Shown here one piece after another: positions 38,301 through 48,984 of a stretch of 64,000 nt of DNA (position 1 is the first letter of the stretch; every line of letters starts with the position of its first letter). The notes below the pieces were generated by a model that worked only from the letters and a program-made list of their open reading frames with translations, did not search any database and was not told the DNA's origin. The DNA is from Mobula hypostoma. Taxonomy: Eukaryota. The translations under genes were made by a program, and so were the position numbers. The stretch lies in assembly GCF_963921235.1 (NCBI RefSeq), contig NC_086101.1, positions 8,682,001 to 8,746,000 on the forward strand, read 5' to 3'.

Positions 38301-41300
38301 ATCACCAGCTCAGTGCTCTGATCAGAGTAACTCATTCCCGAGAAGGTTGCAGACTGTCCTATGATGTACAGATGTTGTGGGAGGTCAGTTTGGGACAATA
38401 ACAATTCTAAACAATTAAGACATTGACCAATAATAAAATCTAAAGTTAGGTAATGCTAAACCTCCATCTCTCTTAGCTTTCTGTAAATGTATTTTACCCA
38501 GTCTCGGATTCTTGTTCTGCCAAATAAATGAAGAAATTTTAGAGTCAACTTTATCAAAAAAAGATTTAGGAACGAAAATTGGTAATGCCTGAAACACATA
38601 TAAAAATTTTGGCAAAAAAAAACATCTTAACTGCATTAATACGACCAATCAAAGTTAAATATAAGGGAAACCATTTAGATGAAAGTTGAGTAATATGGTC
38701 TATTAATGGTAAAAAGTTAGTCTTAAATAAATCTTTATGTTTACAAGTAATTTTAATCCCAAGATATGAAAAGTAATTATTAATCAATTTAAATGGAAAT
38801 TTATAATATAAGGGAAGATGTTTATTAATCGGAAAAAGTTCACTCTTACTAAGATTTAATTTATAACCTGAGAAAAGACCAAATTGTGCTAATAACTCTA
38901 AAACAGCAGGAATGGATCTCTCAGGATTAGAAATATATAAAAGTAAATCATCAGCATAGAGTGATAATTTATGGGACTTTAATCCCCGAGTTATCCCAGT
39001 AATATTTAAAGATTCTCGAATAGCAATTGCAAGAGGTTCTAATGCAATATCAAATAATAGGGGACTAAGAGGACAGCCTTGTCGAGTACCACGAAAGAGA
39101 GGAAAAAAAGGTGAGTTTAAGGAGTTAGTACGAACCGAGGCTACAGGGGAGTAATATAACAGTTTAATCCAGGATATAAATTTCAAGCTAAAATTAAACA
39201 TTTCAAGCACCTTAAATAAATAAGGCCATTCTACTCTATCAAAAGCTTTCTCGGCATCTAAAGAAATAACACACTCAGGAACATTTTGTGAGGGAGTATA
39301 AACGATATTTAACAATGTACGAATATTATAAAAAGAGTAACGACCTTTAATAAAACCCGTTTGGTCTTCCGAAATAATAGAAGGAAGTACTTTTTCTAGT
39401 CTATTTGCTAATAACTTAGAAAAAACTTTAGAATCAACATTTAATAAAGATATTGGTCTATAAGATGCACATTGAGCAGGGTCTTTATCCTTCTTTAGTA
39501 TTAAAGAAATTGATGCTCTATTAAAAGATTCCGGAAGTTTACCAAGTTTCAAAGAAGCCTCAAAAACCTTATAGAGCCAAGGAATCAATAAAGAAGCAAA
39601 ACATTTATAAAATTCAACGGTAAACCCATCAGGGCCAGGAGCTTTCCCCAGATTCATAGAAAAAATAACATTGGGCTATTAATATTCGACATATGAAATT
39701 TTGGTTACTTGACCGGGACATACTATTTATTCCTAAATGGGTAGCATTGGAATTACAATCTGTTCAGGGTTATACACTTGGTTCTATTTTAGGTTCCTCT
39801 CTTCCTTTTGATTCGAAACGTCTTAAGCAGGTCTCTAACCCGATAGTTAAATATGCTTTGCGCATTTGGTTTCAATTCAGAAAATTTTTTGATCTTAATC
39901 AATTCGGGTTAGCGATTCCTATTTTAGGTAACATATTTTTTCCTCCCTCTTTTACGGATCGCGCTTTTCAAACTTGGAAGACTAAGGGTATTTTACGGTT
40001 TTTGGATTTATTTTTAGATGGTTCCCTTATGTCTTTTGAACAATTATCTAATAAATATAACTTATCAAGAATACATTTTTTTAGATATTTACAAGTTAGA
40101 AATTTCCTAAGTACTATACTTACTTCCTTTCCAATGCTTCCTCCTATATATATTTTAGATTCGATAATTAACCTTAATCCATGTCAGAAAGGTGCATCGG
40201 CTATGATTTATAATATTATTATGAAACTTAGGAAAGCTCCATTTGATAAGATTAGGGTAGATTGGGAACAGGAATTGGGGCTTACCATTTCTGTGGATGA
40301 TTGGGGGCAGATTTTACAATTAGTTAATACTTCCTCTATTTGTGCTAAACATTCCCTAATTCAATTTAAAGTGGTTCATAGAGCACATATGTCCAAAGAT
40401 AAGTTAGCGCGTTTTTACTCGCATATTAATCCTTTCTGTGATAGATGTTCGGGGCAGATAGCCTCTTTAACTCATATGTTTTGGTCTTGCCCTACTTTGG
40501 AAACTTTTTGGAGAGATATTTTCAATATTATTTCTAAGGTATTAAATATAGATATCTCTCCTCACCCTATTACTGCTATCTTTGGACTACCTAAAATTTC
40601 TAGTAATCTTTCCCCTTCAGCCCGTAGAATGATTGCATTTCTTACTTTAATGGCGAAAAGATGTATTTTACAACATTGGAAAGAGCTTAATGCTCCAACT
40701 ACCTTTTTTTGGTTTTCTCAGACGATTTTATGTTTGAATCTGGAGAAAATTAGAAGTAACCTTTATGATTCTTCATTTAAATTTGAACAGATTTGGGGAC
40801 CTTTTATTCGATATTTTCATTTAATGTAATATTTACCCTTCTTGTTTTCTCTTCACTGTTTTAATGGAGGTCGGGATTGAGGACGTGATTTTAAGTTTAA
40901 CTCTGTTTGGTTTCAAGTTAGCCCATTGCTTTGCTTTGCTTTTAGTTAGTTGCACGGTGGGGTTTTTTTTTGGGGTTTTTTTTTTCTTTTTTTCCATTGA
41001 TATATATAAAATCTAGTATACTATTATGTTATCTTGGTTTCTTATGCTTAAATTACATTGTTTGTAGTATTTTCTTTTTGGTATTGTTATCTTTTGGAAT
41101 TTTATTATACTTTAACATTGTATTAATGTTTATATGGCTTACCTTTTTTGTATACTTACTCAATAAAAAGATTTAAAAAGAAAAAGAAAAAAGAAAGAAA
41201 GACATTGACATGGTGGAAATCAGTTTCCAGCAACAGTATCTGTGATAAAATATATCATTTTGTGACTGGGCACTTTTACAGAAACAAACTGAAATCTCTC

Positions 41301-42516
41301 ACCATGAGAAATATCACACCGTCTTGTTGATCCATCTGTTCCTGTAACTTTGAGATTTCCTCCTGAATAGAATTTAAATTCTCTTGAATCTCTCGAAGAT
41401 TTTTCTCCATTGGATTTAGAATCCTCTCCTCTTCTTCCCTGAGATCTTGTAGTGCACGCTGCTCTTTCTCAGTGAGTATCTGGCGCAGTTCAGCAAACTG
41501 GGATGTGATCTGGGACTGAAGGCTGTGTGACTGTTCCTGTCAAATGAAAGGAGAGGCTAGTTCACTGTTTGAGGCTATTTTTCGTATTTCCTTCTGACAT
41601 GGAAAGTAACCATTCAGCCCATTAATGTCTCTGCTAGTTCTCAGAACAATCCCCTCCATAACATCCCCCCACCTGTCTCTGACCCACTAACTCCGACCTG
41701 ATTCACAGACCACCCACAATCACAAGATTAATTACCGCCAATTTACCGTTCAACCATGCTATGTCGGCTAAAGGAAGGTACAAGATACGAAGAGAACATG
41801 CAAACTCCACGCAGACAGCTCCAGGGGTCAGGATCGATCCCAGGTTACTGGAGCTGCGATACTCTGCTGTTCTGCATTAAAGGGAACAAAACCACACAGC
41901 GAATTTGTAAATTCTGCTCAGGAAGTCTCACCCGAACTCCAGAAATCTTCTCTTTCTGTTGTTGCTCCATCTCCTCGAAGTCTGATTTCTTTTTAGTGAG
42001 AGAGTCTAAGGAAGATTTAACCCGACCCTGGGAATCAGAGAGTAAAGACATTAGACCAAAACATGCAACTAAGTAAACAGCTGATCAAAACCTGGTTAGT
42101 TTTACCTTGTAGATTTCAACGGCTTCGTTAACCGGCATGAAGTTGTGAGACTTGTGTTCCCGCGCAGTCGCACAGATCAGGCAGATCAGTGTCTTGTCCG
42201 TCTCACAAAACAGCTTCAGTTCTTCCTCGTGTTTCTCACAGTGAAGTTTACTTTCCTTCGCTTTCGGGTTCAGGTTTAGTTTTCGAGCTTTCTCAGACAG
42301 ATTTGCTAAGGCCCGATTGACCCTGAGGGTGCGGTCTGCAATCCCCTCTCTACATTCCGGGCAGGAGTTTCTCTCCTCCCTTTCCCAACACCGTGTGATA
42401 CAGGAGCGGCAGAAGTTGTGTCCACACTCCAGTATAACCGGATCGGTGAAGAAATCCAGGCAGATGGAACAAATTGCCTCCTCGGTCCAACTCTCGACCT
42501 GTCCTTTCGAAGCCAT
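31799..42516 (-). CDS. Tripartite-motif E3 ubiquitin ligase (RING, B-box2, coiled coil, PRY/SPRY-B30.2), zinc-binding protein A33 / nuclear factor 7 / TRIM39-like. 6 coding exons: 42516-42106, 42027-41932, 41536-41303, 37808-37786, 37689-37571, 32331-31799; 1416 nt = 471 aa + stop
   Basis: Exons were spliced by hand. All introns are GT..AG with phases 0,0,0,2,1 and no internal stops. Exon sizes 411/96/234/23/119/533 match the typical class-IV TRIM layout. Domains seen: C3HC4 RING (CSICLDFFTDPVILECGHNFCRSC..CPEC), B-box (CEKHEEELKLFCETDKTLICLIC..HKSH), B30.2 (VTLDVETA..GFTSGRHYWEVEV..LYPFF). Confidence 0.93.
33110..33985 (+). mobile_element. Old CR1 3' fragment in TRIM intron 5
   Basis: LEKWAEKCQLEFNADKC and TRGHGLKVK motifs. 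Confidence 0.8.
34054..34695 (-). mobile_element. tRNA-derived SINE (V-SINE/HE1-like) containing an expanded minisatellite
   Basis: Reverse strand shows a tRNA-like head (GTAGCATAGTGGTTAGCAC..GGGTTCA), a V-domain-like GAGTTTGTACGTTC..GTGGGTTTC segment and a LINE-type tail. Confidence 0.7.
34099..34529. repeat. Minisatellite, 7 x 60-61 bp
   Basis: Unit TGACCCCCACCACCCAGAAACCCCTGATTTAATCCGAGCCTGACCATGGGACAAGTTACAA. Confidence 0.95.
35575..36020 (+). mobile_element. Old Penelope-like 3' fragment
   Basis: EEQHLIF.LGSL.PDGMNI-like remnant, pyrimidine-rich UTR, decayed hammerhead. Confidence 0.7.
36251..36992 (+). mobile_element. Penelope-like element 3' part with GIY-YIG endonuclease
   Basis: VIYCIRCSRCGLLYIGETRRRLGDRFVEH...GMNIEFS; TSD GAGAATAGTT (36241-36250, 36997-37006; 14 bp with one mismatch). 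Confidence 0.9.
37200..37213 (+). promoter_or_regulatory. CTCF consensus motif CCAGCAGGGGGCAG in TRIM intron 5
   Basis: Exact match to CCASYAGRKGGCRS; adjacent 12-bp palindrome GACTCGCGAGTC (37189-37200). Confidence 0.5.
37571..37689 (-). CDS. TRIM exon 5 (119 nt, linker)
   Basis: tttacag|G ATT AGT...AAG CGA G|gtaaaa; ISTEERTLSVTDGALLVEKFYRPYLFDIALGEPLDSIKR. Confidence 0.88.
37786..37808 (-). CDS. TRIM exon 4 (23-nt micro-exon)
   Basis: tatttatttcag|GAG GAA GCT CAT CGG AAG AGG AG|gtagga; the size is typical of TRIM exon 4 and it keeps the frame. Confidence 0.88.
38428..41198 (+). mobile_element. Young L1 with 5' inversion in TRIM intron 3
   Basis: RT on the minus strand 38428-~39670 (YADD, GCPLSP); C-terminus, 3' UTR, AATAAA and A-rich tail on the plus strand; TSD AAGACATTGAC (38417-38427, 41199-41209); TT/AAGA endonuclease site. 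Confidence 0.93.
41303..41536 (-). CDS. TRIM exon 3 (234 nt, coiled coil); not in the supplied ORF track
   Basis: tttgacag|GAA CAG...CTC ATG|gtgaga; EQSHSLQSQITSQFAELRQILTEKEQRALQDLREEEERIL...DGVIFLM. Confidence 0.92.
41600..41880 (-). mobile_element. Old SINE fragment in TRIM intron 2
   Basis: GAGAACATGCAAACTCCAC..GGATCGATCCCAGG..CTGGAGCTG, similar to the SINE at 34560-34690. Confidence 0.55.
41932..42027 (-). CDS. TRIM exon 2 (96 nt, coiled coil)
   Basis: tcccag|GGT CGG GTT...GGA GTT CGG|gtgaga; GRVKSSLDSLTKKKSDFEEMEQQQKEKISGVR. Confidence 0.92.
42106..42516 (-). CDS. TRIM exon 1: RING + B-box
   Basis: ATG at 42516, MASKGQVESWTEEAICSIC...VEIYK; donor AAG|gtaaaa. Confidence 0.92.
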
Positions 42517-42529
42517 GTTAACTCTCGGT

Positions 42530-42558
42530 ACTTCCTGGTTCAGGCTCCTTTCACTTTC
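42530..42558 (-). promoter_or_regulatory. IRF-E/ISRE-like element (GAAAGTGAAAG, 42548-42558) and ETS site (ACCAGGAAGT, 42530-42539) just upstream of the TRIM ATG
   Basis: Direct matches to the IRF (GAAANNGAAA) and ETS (CAGGAAGT) consensus, in a CpG-containing non-repeat segment. Confidence 0.6.
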
Positions 42559-45065
42559 GGGAGCCGCTGAACGCCCGCAGTACCGCGATTGTCCACTAGG
42601 GGCGCTGCAGTCTCGGGAATGAATGTTCCTTTTCAGTGAGCAGGAATCGTGTTCATTTCCACAGCGGGGATCAGAAACACATTGAACAAGTCTAACATAA
42701 ATAAAGCCGGAGAGAAGAGCTTGGTTCATTCTACGGCAGAACTGAAGGGTCAAGTCCTGAAAATATGTTTTAGTGGCCATTACACAAACCTGGTTGCAAG
42801 GTGGAGATATCTGGGAACTAAATATCCAGGGATATCAGGTAAGACGGAAAGATAGGCAGGAAGGCAGAGGAGGTGCGGTGGCGCTCTTGATCAGGACGAT
42901 TGTGAGAGACGTATAAGATCTACGGAGCAGAATGCTGAAGAGAAAAAAATCGCTGGTGGGTGTGGTTTATAGGCCACCTAATAATAATACTGCAGTGGCA
43001 GAGGCGATTAACCAAGAAATAACTGAGGCTTGTAAGAATGGAACGGCAGTTGTCATGGGGGATTTTAACTTCCACAGAGATTGGGTGAGATCAGGTTGGT
43101 CAAGGAAGTCTTGAGGAGGACTTCATAGTATGCATCCGTAATGGCTTTCTTGAGCAGCATGTTAGAGAACCTACAAGGGAAAATACTATCTTAGATCTAG
43201 TCCTGTGCAATGAGACAGGTAAGATTAACGATCTTGTAGTCAGGGATCCTCTTGGAAAGAGTGATCATAGTATGATTGAATTTCGCATTCAGATGGAGGA
43301 TGAAAAAGTTAGAACTAAAACTCATGTATTATGCTTGAACAAGGGAGACTACAACGGGAAGAGGGAGGAGTTGGTTAATGTGAATTGGGAGCACAGGCTA
43401 TTTGGTAGCACAGCTGAGGAACAGTGGAATACTTTCAGAGATTTTTCATACTGTTGAACAGAAGTATGTTCAAGTCAAAAGTAAGGACAGCAAGTGTGGG
43501 GAGAGCCAGCCTTGGATAACAAAGGAAATAAAATATAGTATCAAATTACAAGCTCATGTGTCCCTTGGAAGTCGAGAAGGGGAAATTGATATTGGGTGAT
43601 AAAGAAATGACTGAGGCATTGAATAACTATTTTGTGTCGGTCTTCACGGTGGAGGACACGTCTAATATGCCAAAGAAGGATGTTATAGATAAAATGGGAG
43701 GTGAGGACCTCGATAAAATCATTGTCACTAAAGAGATAATGATGAGCAAACTCGAGGGCCTGAAGGTAGATAAGTCCCCTGGTCCTGATGGGATGCATCC
43801 CAGGGTGCTGAAGGAATTGGTGGAGGTTATATTAGACACATTGGTAATCATGTATCAAAACTCTGTAGACTCTGGGCAGGTCCCGGCGGATTGGAAGACA
43901 GCAAATGTTACGCCACTTTTAAAAAAAGGATGAGGGTAAAATACAGACAACTATAGGCCTGTTAGTTTAATATCAGTATGCAGTTGGGAAAATGCTTGAA
44001 ACTGTCAGTAAGGAAGTAATAGCGAAACATTTAGAAAGGAGTGGTTCCATTAGAAAGACGCAGCATAGATTCAGAAAGGGCAGGTCCTGTTTGACAAACT
44101 TACTGCAGTTCTTTGAGGACATAATGAGTGCAGTGGGTAGAGGGGAACAAGTGGATGTCATACACTTGGATTTCCAGAAGGCGTTTGATAAGGTGATGCA
44201 CAAGAGACTTATAAATAAGATACGGATGCATGGAGTCGGAGGAAGTGTTTTGGCATGGATAGTGGATTGGTTAACCAACAGAAGGCAGAGAGTTGGTATA
44301 AATGGGTGTTTCTCCGGTTGTCAGTCAGTGGTGAGTGGGGTGCCGCAGGGGTCGGTGCTGGGCCTGCAGCTGTTTACCATTTACATTGATGATTTGGAAG
44401 AGGGGACTGAGTGTAGCGTAGCAAAATTTGCTGATGACACTCAACTGAGTGGAAAAGCAAACCGGGCAGAGGATGTGGAGAGTCTGCAGCGGGAGATAAA
44501 TAGGTTAAGTGAGTGGGCTAAAGTCTAGCAGATGGAATGTAACGGTGTTAAATGTGAGATCATCCACTTTGGATGGAATAATAGAAAAGCAGATTATTAT
44601 TTAAATGGTGAAAGATAGCAACATGCTGTTGTGCAGAGGGACTTGAGAAATGCTTGTGCATGAATCACAAAAAGTTGGCTTGCACGTGCAGCCGGTTATT
44701 AAGAAGGGAAATTGAATGTTAGCTTTCATTGCAAAACAGATTGAATTCAAGAGCAGGGAGATCATGCTACAAATATACAGGGTACTGGTGAGGACGAACC
44801 TGGAGTACTGTGTGCAGTTCTGGTCTTCATACTTGAGGAAGGATATTCTGGCTTTGGCGGCAGCGCAGAGAAGGTTCACCAGGTTGATTCCAGAGATAAA
44901 GGGGTTAAATTATGAGAGAGATTGAGTCGCCTGGTACTATACTCTCTGGAATTCAGAAGAATGAGAGGGGATCTTATAGAAACATACAAAATTTTGAAAG
45001 GGATAGATAAGATAGCAGTAGGAAAGTTATTTCCATTTGTAGGTGAGACTAGAACTAGGGGACAT

Positions 45066-46605
45066 ACTTTATACTATATTGTCGCCAAACAATTGATAAT
45101 AGAACATACAATCATCACAGCGATATTTGATTCTGCGCTTTCCGCTCCCTGGATTACAAATCGATAGTGTTACGTACCCCATAACTGGATTGCCAAACCA
45201 GCAGAAATGGACCACTTAGTTGGAGTCTGGATTACTGGAACTAAGAAAGTTTTATTAAAGAAATAAGCAACACAGTACTCTAATCAAAAGGATATAAATG
45301 CAACAGTTTAGCAATGATAAAACACACATGTACACAGAACTAGGATAATAGGATCAATCAAGCTCTATCGAAGTCTAGGGGTAAATGATCAGTTTCAAGT
45401 GACGCAAAGTTCAGTTCAGTTCGCAGTAATCGCTGTTGTACCGTTGGGCGGGGAGAGAGAGAGAGAGACAATGAATGAATATGCGAATCGGATTCCAAGC
45501 AGACCTTCGATATTCCTCGCAGTTAGCTTTCGGCCGAGCCCTTTGTAATGACTTCTGAGGTCACCGACTGTAACCCCTCTGTTCCAGATACGATCGTTCT
45601 TCTGCGGTGAACCCGGCACCCAGGCAAGGGCGGACACACACACCAGATTCCCGCCTGGCCGTATCCTTCCACCCTGTGCGTCTCTGGCTGGTCCCACGAC
45701 CAGACCTCCAAAAACTCCCACCAACTTGTGGGGGGGGGGGCGGTGGGGGTCACACAGCTTCCAGGGTCTCGTTACCTCATGGTGTCATGAGTCTGTTGCC
45801 GTAGCGAACCTGTCCCTTTTTATCCCCCTGCTGGGGTATCGCCTGTCCATCAAACTTCAAACAGTTCAGGGTTCAAAGCCACCGGTCTCTGACAATACTC
45901 GGAAGCGTGTCTCCTTTCGGTAATCTCTCTCGTCTCTCCCTTATTAGCACCTTGCATGTTCCCCCATTGTCCTCTTATCGGCATCAATCTTCTGATAACT
46001 GGTTCTTTTGTCACAAGGGGACATACTTTATACTATATTGTCGCCAAACAATTGATAATAGAACGTACAATCATCACAGCGATATTTGATTCTGCGCTTC
46101 CCACTCCCTGGATTAAAAATCGATAGTAAATATTAAAAATTTAAATTATAAATCATAAATAGAAAATAGGGACATGGAAAGTAAGGTAGTGCAAAAAAAA
46201 AACTGAGAGGCAGGTCCAGATATTTGGAGGGTACGGCCCAGATCCGGGTCAGGATCCGATCAGCAGTCTTATCACAGATTTGTTCTCAAATCTGGCCGTA
46301 CGAGTGTTCAAGCTTCTGACCCTTCTCCTGGAGGGCAGAGGGACGAAATGTGTGTTGGCTGGGTGGGTCGTATCCTTGATTATCCTGGCAGCACTGCTCC
46401 GACAGCGTGTGGAGTAAAGTGAGTCCAAAGGACGGAAGATTGGTTTGTGTGATGTGCAGCGTCGTGTTCACGATCTTCTGCAGCTTCTTCCGGTCTGGGA
46501 CAGGACAACTTCCATACCAGGTTGTGATGCACCCCAGAAGAATCCTTCTATGGTGCATCTATAAAATTAGTGAGGGTTTTAGGGGACAGGCCAAATTTCC
46601 TCAGG
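45066..46605 (-). mobile_element. Rex1/Babar-like LINE 3' fragment
   Basis: ILLGCITTWYGSC..DRKKLQKIVNT; 3' UTR shared with 14127-14474. Confidence 0.75.
45168..46015 (-). mobile_element. Solo LTR (848 bp) flanked by a 111-bp direct duplication
   Basis: TGTTACG...GTCACA ends; reverse-complement homolog of 49615-50555; flanks 45057-45167 = 46016-46126. Confidence 0.88.
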
Positions 46606-47739
46606 ACTGCCCCAAGATTCAGGGGAGAAGATTTAGGACAGAGATGAGGAGAAACTGTTTTTCCCAGAGAGTGGTGCATCTGTGGAATTCTTTGCCCAGG
46701 GAAGCAGTTGAGGCTTCTTCACTAAATATATTTAAGATACAGTTCGATAGATTTTTACATAGTAGGGGAATTAAGGGTTACGGAGAAAAGGCAGGTAGAT
46801 GGAGCTGAGTTTACAGACAGATCAGTCATGATCTTATTGACTGGTGGGGCAGGCTCGATGAGCCAGATGGCCTACTCCTTCTCCTATTTCTTATGTTTCA
46901 TTTCAGGATGAGCTCACAGCTATTTCCATAACTTTTTTCGATCAAACAGAATGATGGTCACCAATCCCAACGTGCCCCCCGCTGCCACTGTCATGTCAAA
47001 CACTTGGCAAGACTCATTTCCTGAGAGGAAGTCAAGTGTGACCCCTTCTCTAGTGGGGCATCTACGCGTTGTTTGTTAAACCATTCCAGACCACACTTCA
47101 CAAATTCTACCCTACCAAATCCCTCAGCACTATGTCTGTCCCAGTCAATATTAGGGAAGCTGAAGTCTCTGATTATCACAACCCTGATATTCCAACAGTT
47201 ATCCACATTCTCCCTACACATGGGCTCTTCTGATTCTCACTGATATTTGGGATCCTATAGTACAATCCCAACAGTGATAATCTCCATATTTCTAACTCCT
47301 ACCAATATACTCTCACTGGCCATTCCTTACAAGGATCTCTCTAAGTGCTGTGTTGATGTTCTCCCTAATCAACATCACAACTCTCCCTCCTCTCTGACCT
47401 CCACTTCTGTCACGTCCTTTGCATCTGTAGCACAGTGAGGTGGTTTTGAACTTATTCAATGGGACAGCAGGTGTGAGGGACTGAACAGCCTCCTCTTGCT
47501 GCTATTTCTGATGTTCAGAGCAGTGAACAGACTGAACTGAGGGAGGATAGAAGGAATCGGGCAATGAATAGAGGTGTAGAACAGGAGGGTCGTCCCAAGT
47601 GAACAGACATCCGGCAAGTGAGCGACTTTAAAACTGAGTAGGAAGAGCTCAGGATCAGCCTGTCCTTGTTAGAGTGAATGGCAAGACTGGCAGGATGAGG
47701 GAACCCTGGCTGACGAGGGTTAATGAAGTTTGATCAGGA

Positions 47740-48000
47740 TGGTGGCGTATTGGCATCATCGCTGGACTTTGGGGCGAGAGTTCCCGAGTTCAAATCTGGC
47801 CGGCTCCCTTTCGCGCTACCATCCATGCTGGGTTAGAGCTGGTGATCTCTTTTAAAAAAAAACTCAACCAGCCGAAGGCAATGGCAGACCATTGCTGTAA
47901 ATTGCCACAAACATGCTGTAACTTGCCACGAACAATATGTCAGAGTGGCGTGGAGGGAAATCACTCGCCAACTGGAAACTCCAGACGCGACCTACCGACG
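47740..48000 (+). mobile_element. tRNA-derived SINE
   Basis: A-box-like TGGCGTATTGG and B-box-like GAGTTCAAATC. Confidence 0.55.
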
Positions 48001-48984
48001 ACTATCAGGGTGGAGTTGTGTGTCAGGTGAAAGCAGCTGGGATCAGGTGAATCCCTCGAGGAGTAGAAGGGATACAGGAGAACACTGAAGAGGGAAAATC
48101 GGGAGTCCAAAAGAGGGTGTGAGATAGCTATAGGTAAAATAAAGGAGCTTATGCAAAAGATTCTGTGGGTCTGTAAAACAACAAGGGTAACGAGTGAGGG
48201 AATATGTCCCTTGAATGATCATTTGGTTATCCCCATGTGGAGACACAGCAGATGGGCAAGGTCATAAATAAATACTTTCCATCTGTATTTACTGTGGAGA
48301 AGGTGATGGAAGCTGGGAAATTCAGGGAGGAGAATAGTAATGTCCTGAAACATGTTGACATTACAAAGGAGGCTGACCAGCTTAAACACATAATGCTGAA
48401 TAAACCTGGGGGTCTGACCCAGTCCCGGGAAGAAATTGCTGTGTCCGTGTCTGTGATATTTCAAACACTGAACAGGGGACAGTATAGCACAGGAACAGGC
48501 CATTCTGCCCAACGTGTACTGTCCTTCTAACTTTGAGACTGGCCCAGTCAGTGTCATCTCTCTGAGGACACCACGTGAAGGGTAAAGTTTCAAAGTGGAA
48601 TCGGGAGGTTCAAGGAATGTTTCCTGACACAATGAGTGGTTTGTTCCTGGAATGACGGCCGGCATAGGGAGTGGTGGAAACAGACACAATCGTGACGTTT
48701 AAGAGGTTCAAAGGTTCGTTTTGTTATCAACGTTTACAACTCTGAAATTCTTCAGTTCAAACTGGCATTTAAACAGGAAATGAACAGGCAGGGAACGGAG
48801 GGTATGGATCAATTACAGGTAAATTGGATTCGTTAATTTGACATCCAGGAAGATAAAGAGATTCTGAACACAAAATACTCTGCAGATGCTGGGGTCAAAG
48901 CAACACGCACAACACGTTGGAGGATCTCAGCAGGTCGGGCAGCATCCGTGGAAACGAACAGTCAACGTTTCGGGCCAAGATTCT

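Larger units (their letters stand above)
42775..46897 (+). mobile_element. Degenerate CR1 ORF2 upstream of TRIM, interrupted by Rex1-like and LTR insertions
   Basis: VYRPPN, HLDFQKAFDKV and KFADD motifs; TRGH|.KIQG is split at 45066/46605. Confidence 0.88.

Noticed and set aside
42593..42607. CTCF-like CCACTAGGGGCGCTG upstream of TRIM
   Set aside because: One G short of the core spacing, so not called. It could be a decayed site or a homopolymer error.
42517..42780. 88-aa N-terminal extension of the TRIM ORF
   Set aside because: Not domain-like, overlaps the promoter motifs and abuts a CR1; MASKGQ is the natural start just before the RING.
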